This document shows, one piece after another, positions 17,892 through 25,470 of a stretch of DNA of 29,769 nucleotides. Under the pieces are notes generated by a model. That model was not told the DNA's origin and ran no database searches. It worked only from the letters and a program-made list of their open reading frames with translations. Each line of letters begins with the position of its first letter. Within the stretch, counting starts at the first letter, position 1. This DNA is from Oscillospiraceae bacterium (GTDB taxonomy: Bacteria; Bacillota; Clostridia; Oscillospirales; Oscillospiraceae): positions 1-29,769 of the forward strand of contig CACZSJ010000172.1 of assembly GCA_902783825.1 (NCBI GenBank), written 5' to 3'. The translations under genes and the position numbers were made by a program.

Positions 17892-17942
17892 AATTCTCTC
17901 TCTCTTTTCTTCCCATCTCAGGCCGTCTTAACGCCCAAGGGA

Positions 17943-19175
17943 TTATTGTTGTCGTTCTTGCTGCGCAACAAGCTGGATCAGATGCAGGAGAATTTCCACC
18001 GTCTGATCCATGCTTTCCACACTGATGTGCTCATAGGGGCCGTGGAAGCCGTCGCCTCCTGTACCCAGGTTGGGACAGGGAAGGCCACGGAAGGATAGCT
18101 GCGCGCCGTCTGTCCCCCCTCGAATGGGTACGGATCGGGGCGACAGTCCCGCTTTGCGGATGGCTTCTTTCGCCATTTCCACCACTTCGGTGCATTCCTG
18201 CAGCTTTTCCGCCATGTTCCGGTACTGCTGCCGAATCCTCAGGTCAGCCGTACCCTCTCCATACTTTTGATTGATTGCCTGTGCAATCTCCTCCAAACGT
18301 TGCAAACGGACGCGGAAGATCTCGGCGTCGTGATCCCGGACGATATAATCCATCTCCGCTCGCTCTACGCTTCCCTTTATCTCCGTCAGGTGATAAAAGC
18401 CCTGGTATCCTTCCGTTTGCGCCGGTGTCTCCCCTTCAGGCAGCATAGCGTTGATCTCCATGGCTACGAGCCCGGCATTGATCATTTTGCCCTTGGCGCT
18501 GCCTGGGTGGACATTGAAGCCATGGATTTCCCAGTGGGCAGACGCGGCGTTAAAGGTCTCGTAGTTGATCTCTTCCGGCGCGCCGCCATCCACCGTAAAC
18601 GCAAAATCCGCGGCCAGGCGTTCCAGATCCAGCAGAGCTGCGCCATGTCCCACTTCTTCATCCGGTGTAAAGCACACGGCGATTCTCCCGTGGGGCAGTC
18701 CTTTCGCCAAGACTTGCTCGCAGGCGGTGAGAATCTCCGCCACACCTGCCTTATCGTCCGCTCCCAGAACGGTGGTGCCGTCCGTGGTAATCAGGGTATG
18801 TCCCAGCCGCCCCGCCAGGCCGGGAAAACGTGCCGGAGACAACACACGTCCGCTGTCTCCCAGGGAAATCTCCTGTCCGTTGTAGTCGGGGTGAAGCAAC
18901 GGTCTCACATTTTCCCCGGAAAAATCCGGAACGGTGTCAATGTGGGCAATCAGCCCCAACGCCGGGCTGTTCTCGCAGCCGGGGCTGGCGGGCAGCGCGC
19001 CATATACGTAGGCATGCTCGTCCTCATAAACCTCCGCAAAGCCCATCTGCTGCATCTCCTGTGCCAGCAGACGGCTCAAATCAAACTGTCTCAGCGTGCT
19101 GGGGGTCTGCGCCGCGTCCTCGGCGCTGGCTGTGTGAACCTGTGCATAGCGGATCAGTCTTTCATACGCTCGCAT
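17943..19175 (-). CDS. pepT: Peptidase T (M20B tripeptide aminopeptidase)
   Basis: AHIDT, LGADDKAG, FTPDEEVG, FTVDGG, HPGSAK, IRGGTDG and FHGPYE motifs. Its SD TAAGGAGG contains the ylmH stop codon. Confidence 0.95.
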   Translation of the reverse strand: MRAYERLIRYAQVHTASAEDAAQTPSTLRQFDLSRLLAQEMQQMGFAEVYEDEHAYVYGALPASPGCENSPALGLIAHIDTVPDFSGENVRPLLHPDYNGQEISLGDSGRVLSPARFPGLAGRLGHTLITTDGTTVLGADDKAGVAEILTACEQVLAKGLPHGRIAVCFTPDEEVGHGAALLDLERLAADFAFTVDGGAPEEINYETFNAASAHWEIHGFNVHPGSAKGKMINAGLVAMEINAMLPEGETPAQTEGYQGFYHLTEIKGSVERAEMDYIVRDHDAEIFRVRLQRLEEIAQAINQKYGEGTADLRIRQQYRNMAEKLQECTEVVEMAKEAIRKAGLSPRSVPIRGGTDGAQLSFRGLPCPNLGTGGDGFHGPYEHISVESMDQTVEILLHLIQLVAQQERQQ

Positions 19176-19185
19176 GGCAACCTCC

Positions 19186-19932
19186 TTACAAATACAGCTC
19201 CGCGTACACGAACTGCCGTCCCTTCCGAGAGGCGCCGCCGAAGCCGGTGATTTTTCCCTTTCCCATTCCCCGGAGAGACAAGACGTCTCCCTCGTGGACC
19301 AAACAGTCCGGTTTAAGGGACTGTGAATAGTTTAAACTGACACTGCCGGCGGCGATCTGACGGGCAGCTTCCGTCCGGGACAGTTTGAACAGCCCGGCCA
19401 GCACCGCATCCAGCCGCGTGCTCTGCACCGTAAAGCTCCTCTCTTCCACCCGCCGCTCCAGCCGCGGCACTGCATCCGGCGTTATTTCCTCCGCCGTCAC
19501 GCTCACCCGCCCCGCCTGATGCAGGTTCAACAGGTGCTGTAAAACACTGGGCAGGCAGAAAATCCAGGCGGTCTCCCCGTCTATGAGAATGTCGCCGACC
19601 CATTCCCGTCCCACGCCCATGCCCAGAACCGCGCCCAGATAGTCCCGATGTCCGGGGCGCCCGAAATGGGCCGTCAGTTTCATGGCGCGCAAATACGCCT
19701 TCGGCTCAAATGCCTCTGCATCCTGCTCCTCCGGCAGGAAAAAGCCCAGGGTCCGCTCGCTGTCCGGCTGTCCGCCGTAAAACAGCAGCCGACAGCCCAC
19801 CCGCTTTTTTCCCCAGGTCTCCAGCTGGAAACGCTCCGCCGGGCTAAGAAACCCAGTCACGGTAACGCAGCCTTTGCGTTGACAGCGGTCAAGCAAATCC
19901 TCCGCCCGCCGCAGCAATTCATGATTTTCCAT
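19186..19932 (-). CDS. ylmH: YlmH/Sll1252-family S4-domain RNA-binding protein
   Basis: TGFLSP, GGxxxSER, HRDYLGAVLGMGVGREWVGDI and C-terminal S4 (STRLDAVLAGLFKLSR...GDVLSLRGMGK); 248 aa. Confidence 0.88.
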   Translation of the reverse strand: MENHELLRRAEDLLDRCQRKGCVTVTGFLSPAERFQLETWGKKRVGCRLLFYGGQPDSERTLGFFLPEEQDAEAFEPKAYLRAMKLTAHFGRPGHRDYLGAVLGMGVGREWVGDILIDGETAWIFCLPSVLQHLLNLHQAGRVSVTAEEITPDAVPRLERRVEERSFTVQSTRLDAVLAGLFKLSRTEAARQIAAGSVSLNYSQSLKPDCLVHEGDVLSLRGMGKGKITGFGGASRKGRQFVYAELYL

Positions 19933-22504
19933 CTTTCAGCCTCGTTTTGTGTGCGTTGCGGTTGCTGTCCTCCAGCACCGTCCGAATCCTCGCCAGCACG
20001 TCCTGCACCTCCACAGCAAACTCCGTCGAGGAGCTGCGCAGTACGCCGGAGCGAAGCGCTGACAGTCGGATCAAATTGTCGCTGGTGATCACACGCACCG
20101 CGTAGTTTCTGCCGATTTCTCCCACCAGGCGTTCAATATAGGCGTCTCCGGTCTCCCCGTCCTTGGTAAAGGCCACGTGGATGTTGTGGTACTCGCTGCG
20201 CTGCCCGGGATTGCCGGGCCTCCGGTAGCCGTCAAAAACCAGCACCAGCTCCGCCCGGGTGTATGCGCAATAACTGGACAGCATGTCCATCAACCTGCTT
20301 CGGGCCAGATCCAACTGCTCAGCCGCCAGGGCCTTGAGTTCTTCCCAGGCAAAGATCAGATTGTACCCGTCTACAATCAGGTACTGTTGTTTTTGCTCCG
20401 TAGGCGGCGGGGCCTCCGGCGCCTCGTTGCGCACGGGCGCAGAATAAGAGCGGCGACGGATCGGCCCGAATTCCCGCTCCATGATCGCCTCCAGCTCTCG
20501 CTGGTCAATGCTGATGCTCCGGTGAACCGCCGGTTCCGGATCATCTTTGGTTCCCGGGAGACAAGTCTCCAAATGCATGTATGCGGGCACCTGATCCCAC
20601 TTGACCAAGAACCCCGCCCCGTGGGCGCAAAACACGGAATCCGCCGTGTTCTCCGGATCCCGCTCGGGATCGTAGCCCATGCTTTCCACCAGCTCCTGCT
20701 GTCTGCTGCACGGCCGGTATCCGTCCGGCTGCAGGCTGATTCTTCCCCGCCCGTGGGTATAGGCCAGAAGCTCCGTCTGATACTCGCCCAGCCCGGCAAC
20801 CGGCGCGCTGCCCTTCAGGCACAGCATGCCGTCCTGCAGTTCCTCCGGAGAGTCGAAACTGCCGTCCATGCTGCGGATGTCGCTGATGGCCCGACCGATC
20901 TGCTCGGCTGGAACTTCCAGGGAGAAGGCATACCAGGGCTCCAGGAGCACGGAACGCGCCTGCATCAGCCCCTGCCGCACCGCACGCCAGGCCGCCTGAC
21001 GAAAATCGCCGCCTTCTGTGTGTTTCAAGTGCGCCTTGCCCGCACACAGCGTGATTTTGATATCGGTAATGGGTGAAGCGGTCAGCACACCCAAATGTTG
21101 TTTCTCCTGCAAATTGGACAGGATCAGCCGTTGCCAGTTTCGATCCAGCTCGTCCTCGGGACAAGTGCTGTCCAGCACGATCCCGCTGCCCGGAGGCAGC
21201 GGCTCCAAAAGAAGATGCACTTCCGCGTAGTGGCGCAGGGGCTCAAAATGGCCCACGCCCTCCACGGTGTCCGCTATGGTCTCCCGGTACAGAATCCGCC
21301 CTCTGTCCAACGTCAGCTCCACGTCAAAGCGATCCCGGACCAGACGTTTGAACACCTCCGCCTGTACTTTGCCCATCAAGCGCACGGATATTTGCCGCTG
21401 CGCCGCATCCCAGTCCACGTGCAGCTGGGGATCCTCTTCATCCAGCAGCTGCAGCTTGGGCAGAAGCTGCGCCGCGTCCACTCCCTGAGGCAGGCCGAGC
21501 CGATAGCTGACAACCGGCTCCAGCAATCGCGGCGCCGCGTCCGGCTCCCCGCCCAATCCCTGGCCCGGCCAGGTGGCGCTGAGGCCCAGCACTGCGCAGA
21601 TTTCTCCCGCTTCCACCGTCTCCACCGTCTCATATTTCGTTCCGGAATACAAGCGAAGCTGGGTGCATTTTTCTTCCCGTTCTTCGCCCCTCTCGTCCCG
21701 ATAGCGCAGCGGCATCCGCACCCGGAGGCTTCCACCGGTCAGCCGCAGGTAGCTCAGACGTTGCCCCTGGGTATCCCGGCCAATTTGAAACACCCGCGCA
21801 GCGAAGTCCTCCCTGGGCTGCGGCACAGGCGCATAGCGGTCCAAGGCATCCAGCAGCGCGTCAACGCCATCCAGCTTGAGGCCGGAACCAAACAGGCAGG
21901 GTACCAGCTCACGCCCGGCAATCAGCCCGGCAATCTCTCGCTGCTCCAAACACCCGTTCTCCAAATAGCGCTCCATGGCCTGCTCGCTGCGAAGGGCAAG
22001 ACCTTCCCAAAAAGCTTCGTCCTGTCTGGAAAAATTCAGGCATTTATCCCCCAGCCGTTTTTGCAGCTGCGCTGTCAGCGCCGTTTCTCCAGGCCCCGGC
22101 AAGTCCATCTTACTGACAAACACAAAGCAGGGCACCTGATACTGCTCCAGCAGCCGCCAAAGCGTCTCTGTGTGGGCTTGTACGCCGTCGGTTCCGCTGA
22201 TGACAAGCACCGCGCAGTCCAAAACCGAAAGACACCTCTCCGTTTCTGCGGAGAAATCCGCATGTCCCGGCGTGTCCAGCAAGGTCACAGACGTATGAGG
22301 CAGGGTGAAGCGCGCCTGCTTGGAAAAGATGGTAATGCCCCGCTCCCGCTCCAGCCAGTGCGTATCCAGATAGCTGTCCCGATGGTCTACCCGGCCAAGT
22401 TTTTTGATTTTTCCCGCACGATACAGCATGGCCTCGACCAGGGTGGTTTTCCCTGCGTCCGCATGAGCCAGAATGCCGATCACAGTCTTTCGTTCCGTTT
22501 GCAT
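19919..22504 (-). CDS. TetM/EF-G-like translational GTPase fused to a C-terminal YacP/Rae1 NYN ribonuclease domain
   Basis: G1 AHADAGKTT, G2 ERERGITI, G3 DTPGH, G4 SKMD; EF-G-like domains II-V (HFEPLRHYAEVHL, HLKHTEGGDFRQA, LLEPWY); NYN motifs LIVDGYN, VFDG, ETGD and TSD. Start placed at ATG 22504; the track's TTG 22540 falls on the -35 box. Confidence 0.9.
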   Translation of the reverse strand: MQTERKTVIGILAHADAGKTTLVEAMLYRAGKIKKLGRVDHRDSYLDTHWLERERGITIFSKQARFTLPHTSVTLLDTPGHADFSAETERCLSVLDCAVLVISGTDGVQAHTETLWRLLEQYQVPCFVFVSKMDLPGPGETALTAQLQKRLGDKCLNFSRQDEAFWEGLALRSEQAMERYLENGCLEQREIAGLIAGRELVPCLFGSGLKLDGVDALLDALDRYAPVPQPREDFAARVFQIGRDTQGQRLSYLRLTGGSLRVRMPLRYRDERGEEREEKCTQLRLYSGTKYETVETVEAGEICAVLGLSATWPGQGLGGEPDAAPRLLEPVVSYRLGLPQGVDAAQLLPKLQLLDEEDPQLHVDWDAAQRQISVRLMGKVQAEVFKRLVRDRFDVELTLDRGRILYRETIADTVEGVGHFEPLRHYAEVHLLLEPLPPGSGIVLDSTCPEDELDRNWQRLILSNLQEKQHLGVLTASPITDIKITLCAGKAHLKHTEGGDFRQAAWRAVRQGLMQARSVLLEPWYAFSLEVPAEQIGRAISDIRSMDGSFDSPEELQDGMLCLKGSAPVAGLGEYQTELLAYTHGRGRISLQPDGYRPCSRQQELVESMGYDPERDPENTADSVFCAHGAGFLVKWDQVPAYMHLETCLPGTKDDPEPAVHRSISIDQRELEAIMEREFGPIRRRSYSAPVRNEAPEAPPPTEQKQQYLIVDGYNLIFAWEELKALAAEQLDLARSRLMDMLSSYCAYTRAELVLVFDGYRRPGNPGQRSEYHNIHVAFTKDGETGDAYIERLVGEIGRNYAVRVITSDNLIRLSALRSGVLRSSSTEFAVEVQDVLARIRTVLEDSNRNAHKTRLKDGKS

Positions 22505-22511
22505 GGGAAGA

Positions 22512-22540
22512 ATTGTATCAGTTTCCCCGGAAATAATCAA
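22512..22540 (-). promoter_or_regulatory. Sigma-A promoter for the GTPase-NYN operon, +1 predicted at the start codon
   Basis: TTGATT (22540-22535), 17 bp ending in TGA, TACAAT (22517-22512), 7 nt, ATG (22504). Confidence 0.7.
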
Positions 22541-22631
22541 CCGCTATTCCCTATTCTCCGTCAACTGCCTGCCTCCCTGTCATTTTTGTGCAAAATATTG
22601 TAGGTTTTTCCGAAACTTTGGCTACCATTTT

Positions 22632-22651
22632 TGTTAAAGCTATGTTATAAT
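22632..22651 (+). promoter_or_regulatory. OmpR/WalR-type direct repeat overlapping an extended -10
   Basis: TGTTAA-agcta-TGTTAT (22632-22648) matches TGTWAH-N5-TGTWAH; TGtTATAAT at 22643-22651. Confidence 0.55.
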
Positions 22652-22709
22652 TACTTGTCACATTGCAACCTGGCAGAAATAGTACTCTCAGTAAGGGGGA
22701 TTCAATAGA

Positions 22710-23405
22710 ATGAAACTCAAAAAGATTCTTGTTCTGGAAGACGAGGCCAGCATCCGCAGTTTCGTGGTCATCAACCTGCGCCGCAGCGGATATGAGCCCA
22801 TTGAGGCAGAATCCGGCGTTGACGCTCTGGAAAAGCTGAAGATGAATCCGGACATCTGTCTGGCGCTTTTGGACGTGATGCTGCCGGACATCGATGGCTT
22901 TGAGGTCTGTCGTCGGATTCGCGCCTCCGGCTCCAAGATGGGCGTCATCATGCTCACAGCCAAAAGTCAGGAGATCGACAAGGTCACAGGTCTGATGACC
23001 GGCGCGGACGACTACGTGACCAAGCCCTTCTCCCCCGCCGAGCTGACCGCCCGGGTGGACGCGCTGATTCGCCGTCTGGGCATCGATGACATTGACAAGG
23101 CCAGCAACGAAATCGTCAGCGGCCCATTCCTGCTCAACACCCGCAACCGCACCCTGGAGAAAAATGGCCAGCGTGTAAAGCTGACCCAGATCGAATATCT
23201 GCTGATGCGGCTCTTTTTGCAGAACCCCGGCCGCGCCATGTCCCGGGAAGACATTCTCTCTTCCGTGTGGGGCAATGAGTTCACGGGAGAACTGAAAACC
23301 GTTGACGTGAATATCCGTCGGCTGCGCATTAAGATCGAATCCGATCCCACCGAGCCTGAATACCTGACCACGGTTTGGGGCTACGGCTATAAGTGGGGCT
23401 ACTGA
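22710..23405 (+). CDS. OmpR/PhoB-family response regulator (WalR/PhoP-like)
   Basis: LEDE, LLDVMLP (phospho-Asp), GADDYVTKPFS, and winged helix TVDVNIRRLRIKIE...TVWGYGY; AAGGGGG SD. Confidence 0.93.
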   Translation: MKLKKILVLEDEASIRSFVVINLRRSGYEPIEAESGVDALEKLKMNPDICLALLDVMLPDIDGFEVCRRIRASGSKMGVIMLTAKSQEIDKVTGLMTGADDYVTKPFSPAELTARVDALIRRLGIDDIDKASNEIVSGPFLLNTRNRTLEKNGQRVKLTQIEYLLMRLFLQNPGRAMSREDILSSVWGNEFTGELKTVDVNIRRLRIKIESDPTEPEYLTTVWGYGYKWGY

Positions 23406-23464
23406 GTCCTTTTCTGCCCGCCGGGCGGGCAAGATCGCGTTCTCTTGAGTGAGGTTGACAGATC

Positions 23465-24454
23465 GTGAAAAATCTGAAGATCCAGCTACTTCTGGCCGGT
23501 ATCGCGGTTTTGGCGCTGCTGTTGCTGGGTGTGTGGGCAGTAACCCGTGCCATGCCGACTCTTGCCATGGGCGCCATGGTGGCGGTATGTCTGAGCGTCA
23601 TCCTGCTGATTGTCTGGTTCTGGCGCAGTGTGTCGGACCCCATTGATCAGCTTACAGACTTCGCCGCACAGATCGCCGCCGGCAGCTACGGAAGCCAGTT
23701 GGAAAAAAGAAGTGACAATGAAATAGGACGCCTGACGGACGCTATCAACAACATGTCCCAACAGGTCGCCATGGCGGAAAAAACCCGTACTGAGTTTATT
23801 TCCCAGGTCTCCCACGAGCTGCGCACGCCCTTGACAGCCATCACCGGCTGGGCGGAGACCATTGCCTACGATCCCTCGGTGCAGGACGACTCCCTGCGCG
23901 GGATCCACATCATCTCCAAAGAGGCGGAGCGCCTGACCGGTCTGGTCACGGAGCTTCTGGAGTTCACCCGGATTCAGGACGGCCGTTTCAATCTGCGCAT
24001 CGAGCTGATCGATATTGCCTCGGAGTTGGAAGACGCCATCTTCACCTACGGGGAGCTGATGCGTCAGGCTGGCATCACCATCAACTATTCGCAACCGCCC
24101 ACGGAGATCCCATTGATCCCCGGCGACCCGGAGCGGCTCAAGCAGGTTTTTCTCAATCTGCTGGACAACGCTATGAACCACGGTGGGGACGGAAAACTGG
24201 TAGACGTTTCTCTCCGGCTCAAGGAGGACGGTGTCCATATCCGTGTTCGGGACTATGGCCACGGCATCCCCGAGGCAGAGCTTCCCCACGTCAAGGAAAA
24301 GTTCTACAAAGGCAGCTCCAAGAACCGAGGCACCGGTATTGGTCTTGCCGTCTGCGATGAGATCATCTCCCGCCACAAGGGCAGTATGACCGTGGAAAAC
24401 GCCGTGGGCGGCGGCTGTCTGGTGACGATCGTGCTGCCCATGTCATCCAAATAA
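23465..24454 (+). CDS. HAMP-domain sensor histidine kinase lacking an extracellular sensor loop
   Basis: Two closely spaced TMs; HAMP; H-box SHELRTPLT; N-box LNLLDNA; G1 DYGHGI; G2 GTGIGL. GTG start with GAGG SD. Confidence 0.9.
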   Translation: MKNLKIQLLLAGIAVLALLLLGVWAVTRAMPTLAMGAMVAVCLSVILLIVWFWRSVSDPIDQLTDFAAQIAAGSYGSQLEKRSDNEIGRLTDAINNMSQQVAMAEKTRTEFISQVSHELRTPLTAITGWAETIAYDPSVQDDSLRGIHIISKEAERLTGLVTELLEFTRIQDGRFNLRIELIDIASELEDAIFTYGELMRQAGITINYSQPPTEIPLIPGDPERLKQVFLNLLDNAMNHGGDGKLVDVSLRLKEDGVHIRVRDYGHGIPEAELPHVKEKFYKGSSKNRGTGIGLAVCDEIISRHKGSMTVENAVGGGCLVTIVLPMSSK

Positions 24455-24476
24455 CTGCAATTCTTAGGAGAACACC

Positions 24477-25430
24477 ATGCCCCAAAGCAACAATTCCTGC
24501 GCCTTCCGCACCTCTATTGGCGGTCAGGCGCTGATCGAAGGCATTTTGATGCGCGGCCCCCGAAAGCAGGCTATCGTCTGCCGCACCGCGGACGGACTGG
24601 TGGAAAAGGTGGAAGATGTATCCACCATACGGGATCGCTACCCAGTGTTAAAGCTGCCCTTTCTGCGCGGATGCGTCACCTTTGTCGAATCCATGGTCAA
24701 GGGGATGCAGGCGCTGACTTATTCAGCCAATCTCGTTCCTCTGGAAGAACAGGGAGAGCCGGATAAGCTGGATCAGTGGATCGAAGCCCATTTCTCCGCA
24801 GAAAAAGCCCAGAAGTTGATTATCGGCGTGGCTGTGGTTTTGGGCATCGGCCTTGCCCTGCTGCTGTTTGTCTTTCTTCCCACGATTCTGGTGGGCCTGC
24901 TCCGACCGCTTACTCGCAGCTACCTGATCCGCAACCTCTCTGAGGGCGCGGTCAAGGTGGCTGTCCTTCTGCTGTATATGGCCTTGGTTTCCCGGATGCA
25001 GGATGTCCAACGTCTGTTTTCTTATCACGGTGCCGAGCATAAAGCCATTTTCTGCTACGAACATGGTAAGGCGCTGACGATAGAAAACGTGCGCGAGGAA
25101 TCCCGTTTCCATCCGCGCTGCGGCACCAGCTTTTTGCTGGTGGTCGTTTTGGTAAGCATTCTGGTCAATGCCCTGGTGCGGGTGGATCAGATCTTTGCCC
25201 GCATCGCATGGCACCTGCTTCTGCTGCCCCTGGTGGTGGGCATCAGCTATGAAATCAACCGCTGGTGCGGTGGCCATGACAACTGGCTGTCCGCCCTCCT
25301 TTCCGCTCCCGGGAAGTGGCTGCAGCATCTCACCACCAAGGAGCCGGACGACAACATGATCGCCTGTGCTATCCGCTCCATGGAGCTGGTCATCCCCGAG
25401 GAGAAAGGCTCCGATCTCTGGGGTAGTTGA
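24477..25430 (+). CDS. DUF1385 membrane protein
   Basis: IGGQALIEGILMR, PFLRG, YHGAEHK, RFHPRCGTSF and GISYE motifs; AGGAG SD; lies before prmC. Confidence 0.88.
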   Translation: MPQSNNSCAFRTSIGGQALIEGILMRGPRKQAIVCRTADGLVEKVEDVSTIRDRYPVLKLPFLRGCVTFVESMVKGMQALTYSANLVPLEEQGEPDKLDQWIEAHFSAEKAQKLIIGVAVVLGIGLALLLFVFLPTILVGLLRPLTRSYLIRNLSEGAVKVAVLLLYMALVSRMQDVQRLFSYHGAEHKAIFCYEHGKALTIENVREESRFHPRCGTSFLLVVVLVSILVNALVRVDQIFARIAWHLLLLPLVVGISYEINRWCGGHDNWLSALLSAPGKWLQHLTTKEPDDNMIACAIRSMELVIPEEKGSDLWGS

Positions 25431-25470
25431 GCCCCCCAACACTCTGCCGCAAGGCAGAAGGGAGACAAGC

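Noticed and set aside
17895-17904. (TC)5 in the kinase ribosome-binding region as a phase-variation switch
   Set aside because: Five units are too few for frequent slippage, and it is explained as a purine-rich RBS on the - strand.
19919-22504. Calling this a tetM/tetO/tetW resistance gene on a mobile element
   Set aside because: No TetM domain-IV loop or leader peptide, an extra NYN domain, and core-gene surroundings with no integrase or transposase.
16761-22603. Long + strand ORFs (16761-18098, 18267-19250, 20177-21076, 21095-22603)
   Set aside because: Antisense to the kinase, pepT and the GTPase; no recognisable domains or start signals.
23415-23431. TGCCCGC-cgg-GCGGGCA hairpin between regulator and kinase as a terminator
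   Set aside because: No downstream U-tract on either strand; kept only as a possible mRNA structure.
25366-25470. Upstream extension of prmC, and similar extended starts in the ORF track (2015, 8906, 14612, 15585, 22540)
   Set aside because: In each case a downstream start fits better: a good SD for 2015, 8906, 15585 and prmC, a weaker GAGG plus the family N-terminus for 14612, and promoter geometry for 22540, which has no SD. The extensions overlap neighbouring genes, promoters or leader regions.
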